From positions 45,183,432-45,222,870 of the forward strand of contig NC_068991.1 of assembly GCF_001194135.2 (NCBI RefSeq): a DNA stretch of 39,439 nucleotides. Direction: 5' to 3'. This document shows, piece by piece, positions 14,016 through 23,884 of this stretch. The translations under genes and the position numbers were made by a program. Every line of letters starts with the position of its first letter. The stretch's first letter is position 1. The notes under the pieces are model-generated. The model saw nothing but the letters and a program-made list of their open reading frames with translations. It ran no database searches and was not told the origin of the DNA. Source of the DNA: Octopus bimaculoides (lineage: Eukaryota).

Positions 14016-14052
<37 letters not shown>

Positions 14053-14197
14053 ACGGGCTTCTTTCAGTTTTCACCGACCAAATCCACTCACAAGGCTTTG
14101 GTCTGCCTGAGGGTATAGTGGAGGACACCTGCCCAAGGTTCTCCCAGTGGGACTGAACCCGGAACCATGTGGTTGAGAAGTAAGCCACGCCCGCGCC
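13446..14197 (-). mobile_element. tRNA-headed CORE-like SINE, family B; full-length copy whose internal microsatellite spans gap N 13631-14016
   Basis: The tail (13446-13630) and head (14050-14197) are reverse complements of the intact copy at 36447-36856 and are separated by (TA)n plus N. Confidence 0.85.
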
Positions 14198-14516
14198 TAT
14201 ATGTATATATGTGTATGTGTGTGTGTTTTTCTGTGTATTGATATAAGTACAATCTCATGGATTGTACTTATATCTTAAAGAATATGCCTTGCCATACTGA
14301 GTCTCGATTGTTCCATTTTGCGAATTATAATGTGACAGCACCTGGAATAGGCCACCAATGTTTTTTTAAGTAACTCCCAACTTGACTGCAGTCTACTAAC
14401 AATAACATGGGCTTCTTATTGTAACCCTTAAAACGTTGGAAGTGACAAAAGAAAAGCGGTCTGGAACCTAATAAGCTCCTTTAAGAATCAGAAAACGATG
14501 AATTCTATTATTAATA

Positions 14517-14931
14517 GGCGTTGGCGTGGCGGTATGGTAAGAAGCTTGCTTCTCAACCATATGGTTCTGGGTTCAGTCCCTCTACTTGGCACATTGGGCA
14601 TATGTCTTCTGCTACAACCTCGAGGCGACCATGTCCTTGAATAGATTTGGTAGACGGAAACCGAAAGAAACCCGTCGTATATTGTGTGTGTTTGTAGTAT
14701 TTATGTGAATGTGTCTTTGTGTCTGTGTTTGTGCCCCCATCCCCCCATCGCTTGACAACCAATCTTGATGAGTTTACGTCGCCGTAACTTAACGGTTCGG
14801 TACAAGAAACCAATAGAATAAGAACTAGGCTTACAAAGAATAAGTCCTGGGGTCGATGTCTTCGACTAAGAAGCCCTTTAAGGCAGTATGGCCGTAGCCA
14901 AATAACTGAAACAAGTAACAGAATAAAAGAA
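14517..14931 (+). mobile_element. SINE family B, full-length diverged copy
   Basis: GGCG..TGGTAAGAAGCTTGCTT..GGTTCAGTCC head, TTTGGTAGACGGAAAC core, internal TG tract, CGCTTGACAACC..GAATAAGTCCTGGGGTCGAT..ACTGAAACAAGTAA tail. Confidence 0.9.
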
Positions 14932-15759
14932 TTAAGATGATATTTATCTAGAAAACAAGGAGAAGGAAGTGGGATCTGTAAGACAGATGTTCCATTTACT
15001 CGGAGTTTTATGTCCCTGTTTTTGAATAATTCTTAGACAGGTCTGACTGGTGGAAGGAATATACTCTCGGCTGCAGATTAGCAGCATGCTTCGTTGCTAT
15101 TTTTCTTTGAACTTCCGGTTTGTTTTGAGTTCGGAATGGAGGTCAACAAATCTCAAATTTTCTGAGCTTCTGTTGAATGCGTATGTTTTTTTTTTTAGTG
15201 AGAATGAAGATTTTTTTAATTTTGTCATTCCAAAGGACACAGAAATTTGTGAAAAAGGCAGTATCAACTAGGTGATAGTGTAGGTGTCTATGTTGTAGTC
15301 TTTTAACTACCATATGTGGCTAAATAATGCTATGCTGTTTCTTTTGTCAGTATGGCTAATAATAAAGTTATGGCTTAAATCCCGCTTATTCAAACTACCC
15401 TCGATCATTCTGATATATGACCGGGAGGCTTGTATGTCATCTGGAACTGACTCTTGAATTTGGTAGATTAGCTATTCTGCTATACGGTTGTAGCTTTCTC
15501 CCAAATTAGCTACGCTGACGAATTATACGGATAGCTATCCGCAGAGCTAGTTTCTGGATCTTGGGATTATTGGGGTGGGATGGTATCGCCAGCTAACGGC
15601 GAGGATATTGCCCTAATTTTTTCATTGAATGAGGTCCAGTTTCATGACAGTTATGTCTCTCTGGTTGGATGCCGGTAACACTCCCCGATGATGATCTAGT
15701 GCCTATTCATCGCAACTTAGGGATGGAGAAGTTGCCTCACCTATACACGCATGTACAGG

Positions 15760-16161
15760 GGAAGAGAGACAGAGAGAAAGAGAAAGAGAGAAACAGACAT
15801 ATCCTTGCGACATAATCTATTTATACATATATACATACATACATACATACACATACGCATATCCTGTGTCTAAATATAAGCATATACATGTGTGTATGTG
15901 TCTATGTGTGTACACACGAATAAATTGATGGAGAGAGAAAGAGGGAGAGTAAGTTACGCAGATATATATGTGTGTGTGTGTGTGTGTATTGTATGTCTAN
16001 NNNNNNNNNNNNNNNNNNNNNNNNNNNNNNNNNNNNNNNNNNNNNNNNNNNNNNNNNNNNNNNNNNNNNNNNNNNNNNNNNNNNNNNNNNNNNNNNNNNN
16101 NNNNNNNNNNNNNNNNNNNNNNNNNNNNNNNNNNNNNNNNNNNNNNNNNNNNNNNNNNNNN

Positions 16162-16206
<45 letters not shown>

Positions 16207-16220
16207 TAGAGAGAGAGAAA
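15760..16220. repeat. (AG)n, (TACA)n and (TG)n microsatellites around gap N 16000-16161
   Basis: Directly visible. Confidence 0.92.
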
Positions 16221-16299
16221 AGTTAGCAGTCGCCAAGTGTTGTGGCCCAAAGTAGACCTTTCTTTCAGACAACTGTGGACCATTGAACAGAATGTTGCT

Positions 16300-16856
16300 G
16301 ACTGATGCCGCTGTTGCTGTTGTTTCTGCTCCTGTTGATGCCAATGTTGTTGCTGTTGTTGCTGCTGTTGCTGCTATGGTGACTGTATCTCTGCAACGGC
16401 ATCTGTAGCATCCTTTACAACCAGCAAAGACGCAGACTTCCTGCTTACTGCAGTTAATGCTGGTACTACTGTTGGCGGTGGCGGTGGCGGTGGTGGTTGT
16501 GGTGATGGCTAGATAGTAGTGGACACCGTTGTGATAGACGTGGTGGCAGTGGTGTTGGCGGCGATGATTCTGGTGGTGGCGACGGCAGTGATAGCGGTGG
16601 TGGTGGTGGTGGTGGTGGTGACGGCGATAAAAATGGTGGTGATGGTGGTGAGGGCGAGGGTGAGGGTGCTTGTAGCGATGATTGAGCGCGTTAGCGATGG
16701 TGTTGGGGATGATATTATAATGGTGTTGCGGCGTTGAGATCGATGGTGATGATGTAGCATAGGTGATGGTGATGGTGGTGGTGGTGGCAAAGTATTGTTG
16801 ATCTTGCTGTTGTTATGCTGTGCTACTGTTGCTGTTGTTGTTGTTGTTACCGTCAT
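16300..16856. repeat. GTT/GCT/GGT/GAT trinucleotide low-complexity tract
   Basis: Directly visible; produces the Val/Thr-rich pseudo-ORFs. Confidence 0.9.
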
Positions 16857-17210
16857 TGTTTAACCCCAGGTCAGCCCCTGGTACGATAAATAGATCTACC
16901 ATCAACATATTCCAGTAATAATCACCATTGTCTTTCTAAGGTTACCTTGGACCAGTACCGTCTCAGCGTATTGGCACACTAGAAAGTTATCAGGGATCCC
17001 CCCACGTCGGGTCTGGGGACCCAATGCTTTCAATCAATAAATACTAATGACCCCTAATGCATTGATTTGCCTGGTCTCTTATCATGCTGCACGGGTCTGC
17101 ATATCATCTACTGTATCCTTTCTTTATTAGAGACAGTGAGGGTGTGATTTGAGAGAGATTTGGCCTCCATTTCTAGCAGGTTGAACGGCTGTGTAAATAC
17201 TCCCTCCTTT
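16855..17210 (+). mobile_element. Unclassified interspersed repeat, family D
   Basis: GTTTAACCCCAGGTCAGCCC...AGACAGTGAGGGTGTGATTTGAGAGAGATTTGGC..ATTTCTAGCAGGT. Related segments at 17290-17490 (+), 32720-32780 (-), 33100-33140 (-), 33575-33835 (-), about 38925-38945 (-) and 1576-1612 (-). Confidence 0.65.
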
Positions 17211-17289
17211 GCTTATTGTTGTCGTGGTCGTTGCTGTCTTTACCGTTGCTGGTGAGGTTATTGTTGATGCTGTTAGTGATGGTGATGAT

Positions 17290-17490
17290 GGCTAGCCCTA
17301 GGCTTGCCCTGATCGATCACCACATTTCTATAATAGTCGTGATAGCTACTATCTCATCTTTTATGCAGACACAGTGTATCTAGAGCTAAACTGTCAAATG
17401 TTTCCTTCTCTTTTTATTAAAGACAGCTGAGCATGAATTGAGGGAAATTTTATCAGCTATTTCTAACAGAGCCACCACGTAAATTTTCCC
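17290..17490 (+). mobile_element. Family D repeat, second tandem degenerate copy
   Basis: CTAGCCCTAGGCTTGCCCTGATCGA...AAAGACAG..AATTGAGGGAAATT..GCTATTTCTAACAGA is collinear with 16855-17210. Confidence 0.55.
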
Positions 17491-17599
17491 ACGTTGTGAT
17501 TGACTGGTGGTGATACAAATGTACTGAGAGACGTTGTGATGGTAGTCTTAATGCAGACATAGTCGATGTGGCGGTACACATATAATGAAGCTATCGTAG

Positions 17600-18730
17600 T
17601 GGTAGTTACGGTGATGATAATGGTGGTGGTGGTGGTGGTNNNNNNNNNNNNNNNNNNNNNNNNNNNNNNNNNNNNNNNNNNNNNNNNNNNNNNNNNNNNN
17701 NNNNNNNNNNNNNNNNNNNNNNNNNNNNNNNNNNNNNNNNNNNNNNNNNNNNNNNNNNNNNNNNNNNNNNNNNNNNNNNNNNNNNNNNNNNNNNNNNNNN
17801 NNNNNNNNNNNNNNNNNNNNNNNNNNNNNNNNNNNNNNNNNNNNNNNNNNNNNNNNNNNNNNNNNNNNNNNNNNNNNNNNNNNNNNNNNNNNNNNNNNNN
17901 NNNNNNNNNNNNNNNNNNNNNNNNNNNNNNNNNNNNNNNNNNNNNNNNNNNNNNNNNNNNNNNNNNNNNNNNNNNNNNNNNNNNNNNNNNNNNNNNNNNN
18001 NNNNNNNNNNNNNNNNNNNNNNNNNNNNNNNNNNNNNNNNNNNNNNNNNNNNNNNNNNNNNNNNNNNNNNNNNNNNNNNNNNNNNNNNNNNNNNNNNNNN
18101 NNNNNNNNNNNNNNNNNNNNNNNNNNNNNNNNNNNNNNNNNNNNNNNNNNNNNNNNNNNNNNNNNNNNNNNNNNNNNNNNNNNNNNNNNNNNNNNNNNNN
18201 NNNNNNNNNNNNNNNNNNNNNNNNNNNNNNNNNNNNNNNNNNNNNNNNNNNNNNNNNNNNNNNNNNNNNNNNNNNNNNNNNNNNNNNNNNNNNNNNNNNN
18301 NNNNNNNNNNNNNNNNNNACCACCACCACCACCACCACCACCACTACTACTACTTCAGCTGTTGCTGCTTTCACTGCTGCTACCGCTGCCACTGCCACTG
18401 ATATGGCTGTTGCTGTTATGTTACAGCTGCCTTCGTTGATGTTGTTGATCATATTTGACACGGTAGCGACGACGACGACGACGACGACGTTGATGACAAT
18501 AATGATGATGATGATGACGATGATGATGACGATGATGATGACGACGACGACGACGATTACTATGATGATGATGATGATGATGATAATGATGGTGATGGTG
18601 GTGGTGTTTGGTGATCCTCGTTACGATTATCATTGTTGTTACTGTGGTTCCTATCGATGTTATTGCTACATTTACTGTTGTTGCTATTGTTGGTGTTACT
18701 GCTACTGCTGCTGCTGCTGCTACATCTATT
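17600..18730. repeat. (GGT)n / gap N 17640-18318 / (CAC)n, (GAC)n, (GAT)n trinucleotide tracts
   Basis: Directly visible. Confidence 0.92.
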
Positions 18731-18989
18731 ACAGCAACAAATGATTTTTTTTTGTCTTTTTTTTTAGATATTTACTTTGATGTTAATACAGTTCATAACG
18801 TTGTTGTTTTTGTTATTGCTGCTAACGTTGTTGTTACAGATGTCTTCACATTGTTACAGATGTTATTATCTGGAGATTGTTACAGATGTTATTATTATTC
18901 AGTTTCGTTGTCTTTATTATTTACTAACAGATACCCCCAGCCTTGCTCGGGTTTAAAATGGCATAGCCTTTTTTAAAAATTTTTCATTG

Positions 18990-19170
18990 TTTTACTTGTT
19001 TCAGTCATGTGACTGCGGCCATGCTGGAGCACTGCCTTTGGTCGAAAATGTGTACCACAGGATTTATTCTTTGTAAGCCTAGTATTATTCTATCGGTCTC
19101 TTTTGCAGAACTGGTAAGTTACAGAAACGTAAACACGGCACATCAGTTGTCAAGCAATGGTGAGGGTACA
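18990..19170 (-). mobile_element. SINE family B 3' half; the internal (CA)/(TA) microsatellite follows and runs into gap N 19398-19967
   Basis: TTTTACTTGTTTCAGTCAT.TGACTGCGGCCATGCTGGAGCAC..TAAGCCTAGTA..GTTGTCAAGC is the reverse complement of the tail at 36660-36840. Confidence 0.85.
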
Positions 19171-19979
19171 ACACACACACACATACACACACATAAATAT
19201 ACACATATATACGACAGATTTCTTTCTACACACATATTTATGTACACACATACACATATACACATATATACATATATCTACACATATATACATTATATAT
19301 ATATAAACACACACATATATACATACATATACACATATATACGCATATATACATATATATATATATATATACATAAATATACATACATATATATATANNN
19401 NNNNNNNNNNNNNNNNNNNNNNNNNNNNNNNNNNNNNNNNNNNNNNNNNNNNNNNNNNNNNNNNNNNNNNNNNNNNNNNNNNNNNNNNNNNNNNNNNNNN
19501 NNNNNNNNNNNNNNNNNNNNNNNNNNNNNNNNNNNNNNNNNNNNNNNNNNNNNNNNNNNNNNNNNNNNNNNNNNNNNNNNNNNNNNNNNNNNNNNNNNNN
19601 NNNNNNNNNNNNNNNNNNNNNNNNNNNNNNNNNNNNNNNNNNNNNNNNNNNNNNNNNNNNNNNNNNNNNNNNNNNNNNNNNNNNNNNNNNNNNNNNNNNN
19701 NNNNNNNNNNNNNNNNNNNNNNNNNNNNNNNNNNNNNNNNNNNNNNNNNNNNNNNNNNNNNNNNNNNNNNNNNNNNNNNNNNNNNNNNNNNNNNNNNNNN
19801 NNNNNNNNNNNNNNNNNNNNNNNNNNNNNNNNNNNNNNNNNNNNNNNNNNNNNNNNNNNNNNNNNNNNNNNNNNNNNNNNNNNNNNNNNNNNNNNNNNNN
19901 NNNNNNNNNNNNNNNNNNNNNNNNNNNNNNNNNNNNNNNNNNNNNNNNNNNNNNNNNNNNNNNNNNNATATATTAATTG

Positions 19980-20326
19980 TTACCTCCGCCTTAGCGAAGG
20001 CGGAAGTATTGCTTGTCCGTGGACAAGATATCCCAAGAACTGCTGGATAAATTGGGATGAAATTTTCAGGGATGTTTGGCCTTGTGACTGGCACCAACTG
20101 ATTAGATTGTGGGGTCGATCAGATACCGGACAAGGATTCTGGATTATTTTTCCGTTTCTTTTACTTAACTTTTGAGAGCGGTCGGGTTCATTTTTTAGTA
20201 TTCTCGTTTGTGAGAGCAGTCGAGTTTATTTCAGATATTCTCATTTTAAAAATCATCTCCAGCTAATCGTTGAGAGGACGTTGGTTTTGCCTTGGCGGAG
20301 GTTTGCGCTCTCTGAGTGTTCTTGTT
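19980..20326 (+). mobile_element. Non-autonomous Helentron-type (HINE / DINE-1-like) rolling-circle element
   Basis: Subterminal inverted repeats ACCTCCGCC (19982-19990) / GGCGGAGGT (20294-20302). 5' hairpin CCGCCTT-AGCG-AAGGCGG, 3' stem-loop GCGCTC-TCT-GAGTGT (20305-20319), and TT-rich ends. This is the HINE architecture. Confidence 0.75.
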
Positions 20327-20671
20327 TATTATTTATAGTTATTATTATTTGCTGCAACAATTGTTGTGCTGTTCATTGTTACAGCTGTTGGTGTTGCTAT
20401 TCCTGTAATTAACATCGTTGTAGTTGTTGCTTCTGTTGTTACTCCTGTTGTCGCAACATCAAGTACCGTTACTGTTGTGGATACTATTTTTGCTGCCATA
20501 GCTATAGCTGTTTGCTTCTATTTTGATGTTAACGTTATTTCTTTATACTAGCGAGTGCTGTATAAACAATATATTAGCGCTGGTTAAATAGGGACTACAG
20601 CACGGTTTCGAATCACGGACAGGACTTATTAATTATTACTTTAGAAAGACGTTTCCTACTGTAGTTAACTG

Positions 20672-20994
20672 CCACTCCATTGGCTACGACGGCGAGAGTT
20701 CCAGCTGATCCGATCAACGGAACAACCTGCTCGTGAGATTAATGTGCAAGTGGCTGAGCACACCACAAACACATGTACCCTTAACGTAGTTCTCATGGAG
20801 ACTGATCGTGTCTCAAGATGTGACAAAGCTAACCCTTCGAAATATAGGTACTACTCATTTTTGCCAGCTGAGTGGACTGGAGCAACGTGAAATAAAGTGT
20901 CATGCTCAAGAACACAACGTGCCACCGGGAATCGAACTGACGACCTTACGATCATGAACCGAATACCCCTAACCACTAAGCCACACACCCTCAC
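20672..20994 (-). mobile_element. tRNA-headed SINE, family C, full length
   Basis: Minus strand: A-box-like TGGCTTAGTGG, B-box-like GTTCGATTCCC, central GTTGTGTTCTTGAGCATGACACTTTATTTCAC..CAGTCCACTCAGCTGGCAAAAATGAGTAG, tail GTTCCGTTGATCGGATCAGCTGG. Confidence 0.9.
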
Positions 20995-21089
20995 CTGACT
21001 CTAGTTGGTAGCAAATTAGGCACTTTAGACAATACAATTTACAGTTCCTGTTCCCTACAAAATATCGGGAATTTCGTGCACATAAAGGA

Positions 21090-21295
21090 GTTAGGGCGGA
21101 ACATTGGTAGAAATCGAGGAAAAGAAAATGCCTTGCAGTATTGAGTTATGTCCCTCTATGGATTGTGTTTGAATCACGTTAAGCACAACTTTATATTACC
21201 GGGGTCGGTAATATAAAGTATCATTTATATGCTTCAATCGAATTAACCGACTATCCCGCCCCCGACCCACTTTCGAAATTGGTGACCTTGTGCCA
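21090..21295 (+). mobile_element. SINE family A, old degenerate copy containing a perfect hairpin
   Basis: AAAATGCCTTGCAGTATT..TTTGAATC..CAACTTT..CGGGGTCG..TCGAATTAA..AAATTGGTGACCTTGTGCC is collinear with family A. Confidence 0.55.
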
Positions 21296-21437
21296 TGCTA
21301 TGTAAGTTGTAGGGGTTATGTTTTGCTATAGGGTGGAAATTATGTAAAATGTGATTCGTGTGAGCTGTTGATTGTTTGGTATATGTTACAGTTCCGGGTG
21401 TCAATTATGTATGGGTAGGTGTGTATCTGTTGTGTTA

Positions 21438-21694
21438 GTGAAGGCGCGTGGTTTGGTGGTTAGGGTGTTCGGCTCACTGTCGTTGTGTCCTTGAGCAAGA
21501 CACTTTATTTTACATTGCCTCAGTTCACTCAGCTACCAAAAATGAGTAGTTGCTATATTTCAAAGGGTCAGCCTTGTCACATTCTGTTTCACGTTGAATT
21601 TCCCTGACAACTACATTAAAGGTATCGTGTCTAGAGTGCTCAACTACTTCAGGGTAATTTCACGAGCAGGCTGTTCCGTTGATCGGATCAACTG
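21438..21694 (+). mobile_element. SINE family C copy with the B-box region deleted
   Basis: GTGAAGGCGCGTGG..TGGTTAGGGTGTTCGGCTCA|..GTTGTGTCCTTGAGCAAGACACTTTATTT..CACTCAGCT..AAAAATGAGTAG..CACGAGCAGGCTGTTCCGTTGATCGGATCAACTG is the reverse complement of 20672-20994. Confidence 0.88.
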
Positions 21695-22099
21695 CAGAAG
21701 AGATGGTGTGTCGTGTTATATTGGTGGATAGTGATTGTATTAGCGCTTTAGATTTCATGTATTAGCACTTTAGATTTATTTTGTCGCGAAACCCTAAAAC
21801 TTTAATCTAAAACTCGCGGAACTCATACTTCTATTTTACGGACAATCCCCGTCACCCATATTTTAACAAGACACTAAATGAAGCAAACCTTGATTTAGTT
21901 AAAGTATATTTATTTATAAAATAAAACATGTAACTTATAATTTCGAAATTGGTGCACACCATGGTTTTAAAAAAATCTTTTTTTTATCGAACTTAAAAAA
22001 CACACATCGTGAAATTACATAATGTTTTTTTTTGGAACCCCGATGGTTCTTGAGAACTAACTTTAGAAATCGCCAATGCAGAGTATGCATTGTTATTCT

Positions 22100-22285
22100 G
22101 TTCGGTTTCGTCCGTGTACACGTTCTGAGTTCAAATTCTGCCGAGGTCGACTTTACCTTTCATCCTTCCGGAGTCGATAAATTAAATTACCAGTGAAATA
22201 TTTGGGTCGATGTAATCGACTCGTCCCCTTCCCCCAAATTTGAGGCCTTGTGCCTTTATTAGAAAGGATAATTGTTATTATTATG
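22100..22285 (+). mobile_element. SINE family A, copy lacking the 5'-most head, with (ATT)n-like tail
   Basis: GTTCTGAGTTCAAATTCTGCCGAGGTCGACTTT..GGAGTCGATAAATTAA..GGGTCGATGTAATCGACT..GGCCTTGTGCCT..AGAAAGGATAATT. Confidence 0.88.
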
Positions 22286-22430
22286 GACAAGTTGCCTTAG
22301 ATAGTTGAATTACGTCTCTTTACTATCTGTGTCTAATTTCACCGGTGTCAGCTTTTCCTTTTAATATACACATCCGTGACCAATAGAATCGACTAGACTC
22401 TGTAGGCTTGTGCCTATATTTAAGAATCAC

Positions 22431-22439
22431 TACAACCAC

Positions 22440-22487
<48 letters not shown>

Positions 22488-22589
22488 GTTATCTTATACG
22501 TTCATCGTCGTCGTCTTCGTTTTTTTTTTTTTCTATTTAGTATTTCTTGTTGCAGTGTTTGATCCTGTTTCTGCCGTTTCTGCTACTGA

Positions 22590-22638
<49 letters not shown>

Positions 22639-22851
22639 NNNNNNNNNNNNNNNNNNNNNNNNNNNNNNNNNNNNNNNNNNNNNNNNNNNNNNNNNNNNNN
22701 NNNNNNNNNNNNNNNNNNNNNNNNNNNNNNNNNNNNNNNNNNNNNNNNNNNNNNNNNNNNNNNNNNNNNNNNNNNNNNNGGTATTGTTCCTGTTACAGCT
22801 GTTACTGATACTGAAATTACTAACCGAACAACTCTTTTACTGCTGCTACTG

Positions 22852-22893
<42 letters not shown>

Positions 22894-23270
22894 AATAATA
22901 TACGGCTCTCTATTGTTCGTGTTGTTGTTGTTGGTGTTCGTGGTACTGTTGTTCTAACTCTAACCGTTATTGATTAGCACTGAGGTGTTTGATCGCTTTG
23001 CCAGCTACTGCTGCTGCTGTTGCTGCTGCTGATGTTGCCGTTGCTGCAGTTGTTGTTGTTGTTGTTGTTGTTGCTGCTGTTAGTTCTCCTGTCGATGATG
23101 GCTTTAGTAGTTGTTATTGCTGATGTTTTTTTTTAAGTGTTTTTTCATCTTCTTTGCTATTATTTTTTGTTGATGTTGTTTAAAAAGGTGACGTATTGGC
23201 AGAAAGTGTAGAGAGTCGGATAAAACTGTTTTTGCTGTTATATAATTATCTCGTTCGTCTTTTTTTTTTN
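22431..23270. repeat. (CAT)n, (ATT)n, (CTA)n, (GTT)n trinucleotide tracts; gaps N 22639-22779 and N 23270-23618
   Basis: Directly visible. Confidence 0.92.
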
Positions 23271-23884
23271 NNNNNNNNNNNNNNNNNNNNNNNNNNNNNN
23301 NNNNNNNNNNNNNNNNNNNNNNNNNNNNNNNNNNNNNNNNNNNNNNNNNNNNNNNNNNNNNNNNNNNNNNNNNNNNNNNNNNNNNNNNNNNNNNNNNNNN
23401 NNNNNNNNNNNNNNNNNNNNNNNNNNNNNNNNNNNNNNNNNNNNNNNNNNNNNNNNNNNNNNNNNNNNNNNNNNNNNNNNNNNNNNNNNNNNNNNNNNNN
23501 NNNNNNNNNNNNNNNNNNNNNNNNNNNNNNNNNNNNNNNNNNNNNNNNNNNNNNNNNNNNNNNNNNNNNNNNNNNNNNNNNNNNNNNNNNNNNNNNNNNN
23601 NNNNNNNNNNNNNNNNNNTATCATTATCGTCTTTTTTGTCGTCATACTCGTGTTTTTAGGGTCTTTGCAACGCGATCTCAATTTCCCTCAGCTTTGCCAT
23701 TCATCCATCCGAAGTTGACAAATAAAATGCTTTTCCAAATACTCGATTGGTACCGTTATTGTTCCGTTATTGGTTCCGATATAATCGATTGGTTCTGTTA
23801 CCCTAATTTTGATAGTGTGTCCCTAGAAAAAAAAAAAAAAAAATGTTGTTGTTGTTGTTACTATTATTGTTATTGTTATTGTTT

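Noticed and set aside
15000-15740. Non-repetitive stretch that may be a decayed LINE (minus-strand FFTNFCVLWND)
   Set aside because: No continuous recognisable motif; cannot be classified without a database search.
20900-20994. tRNA-like A/B boxes here and at 4772, 14520, 28430 and 36450
   Set aside because: They are SINE heads; no full cloverleaf with acceptor stem, and each continues into a repeat body.
23620-23770. Possible third Dong-like 3' end (minus-strand PIEYLEK..LRM)
   Set aside because: Too degenerate to separate from chance.
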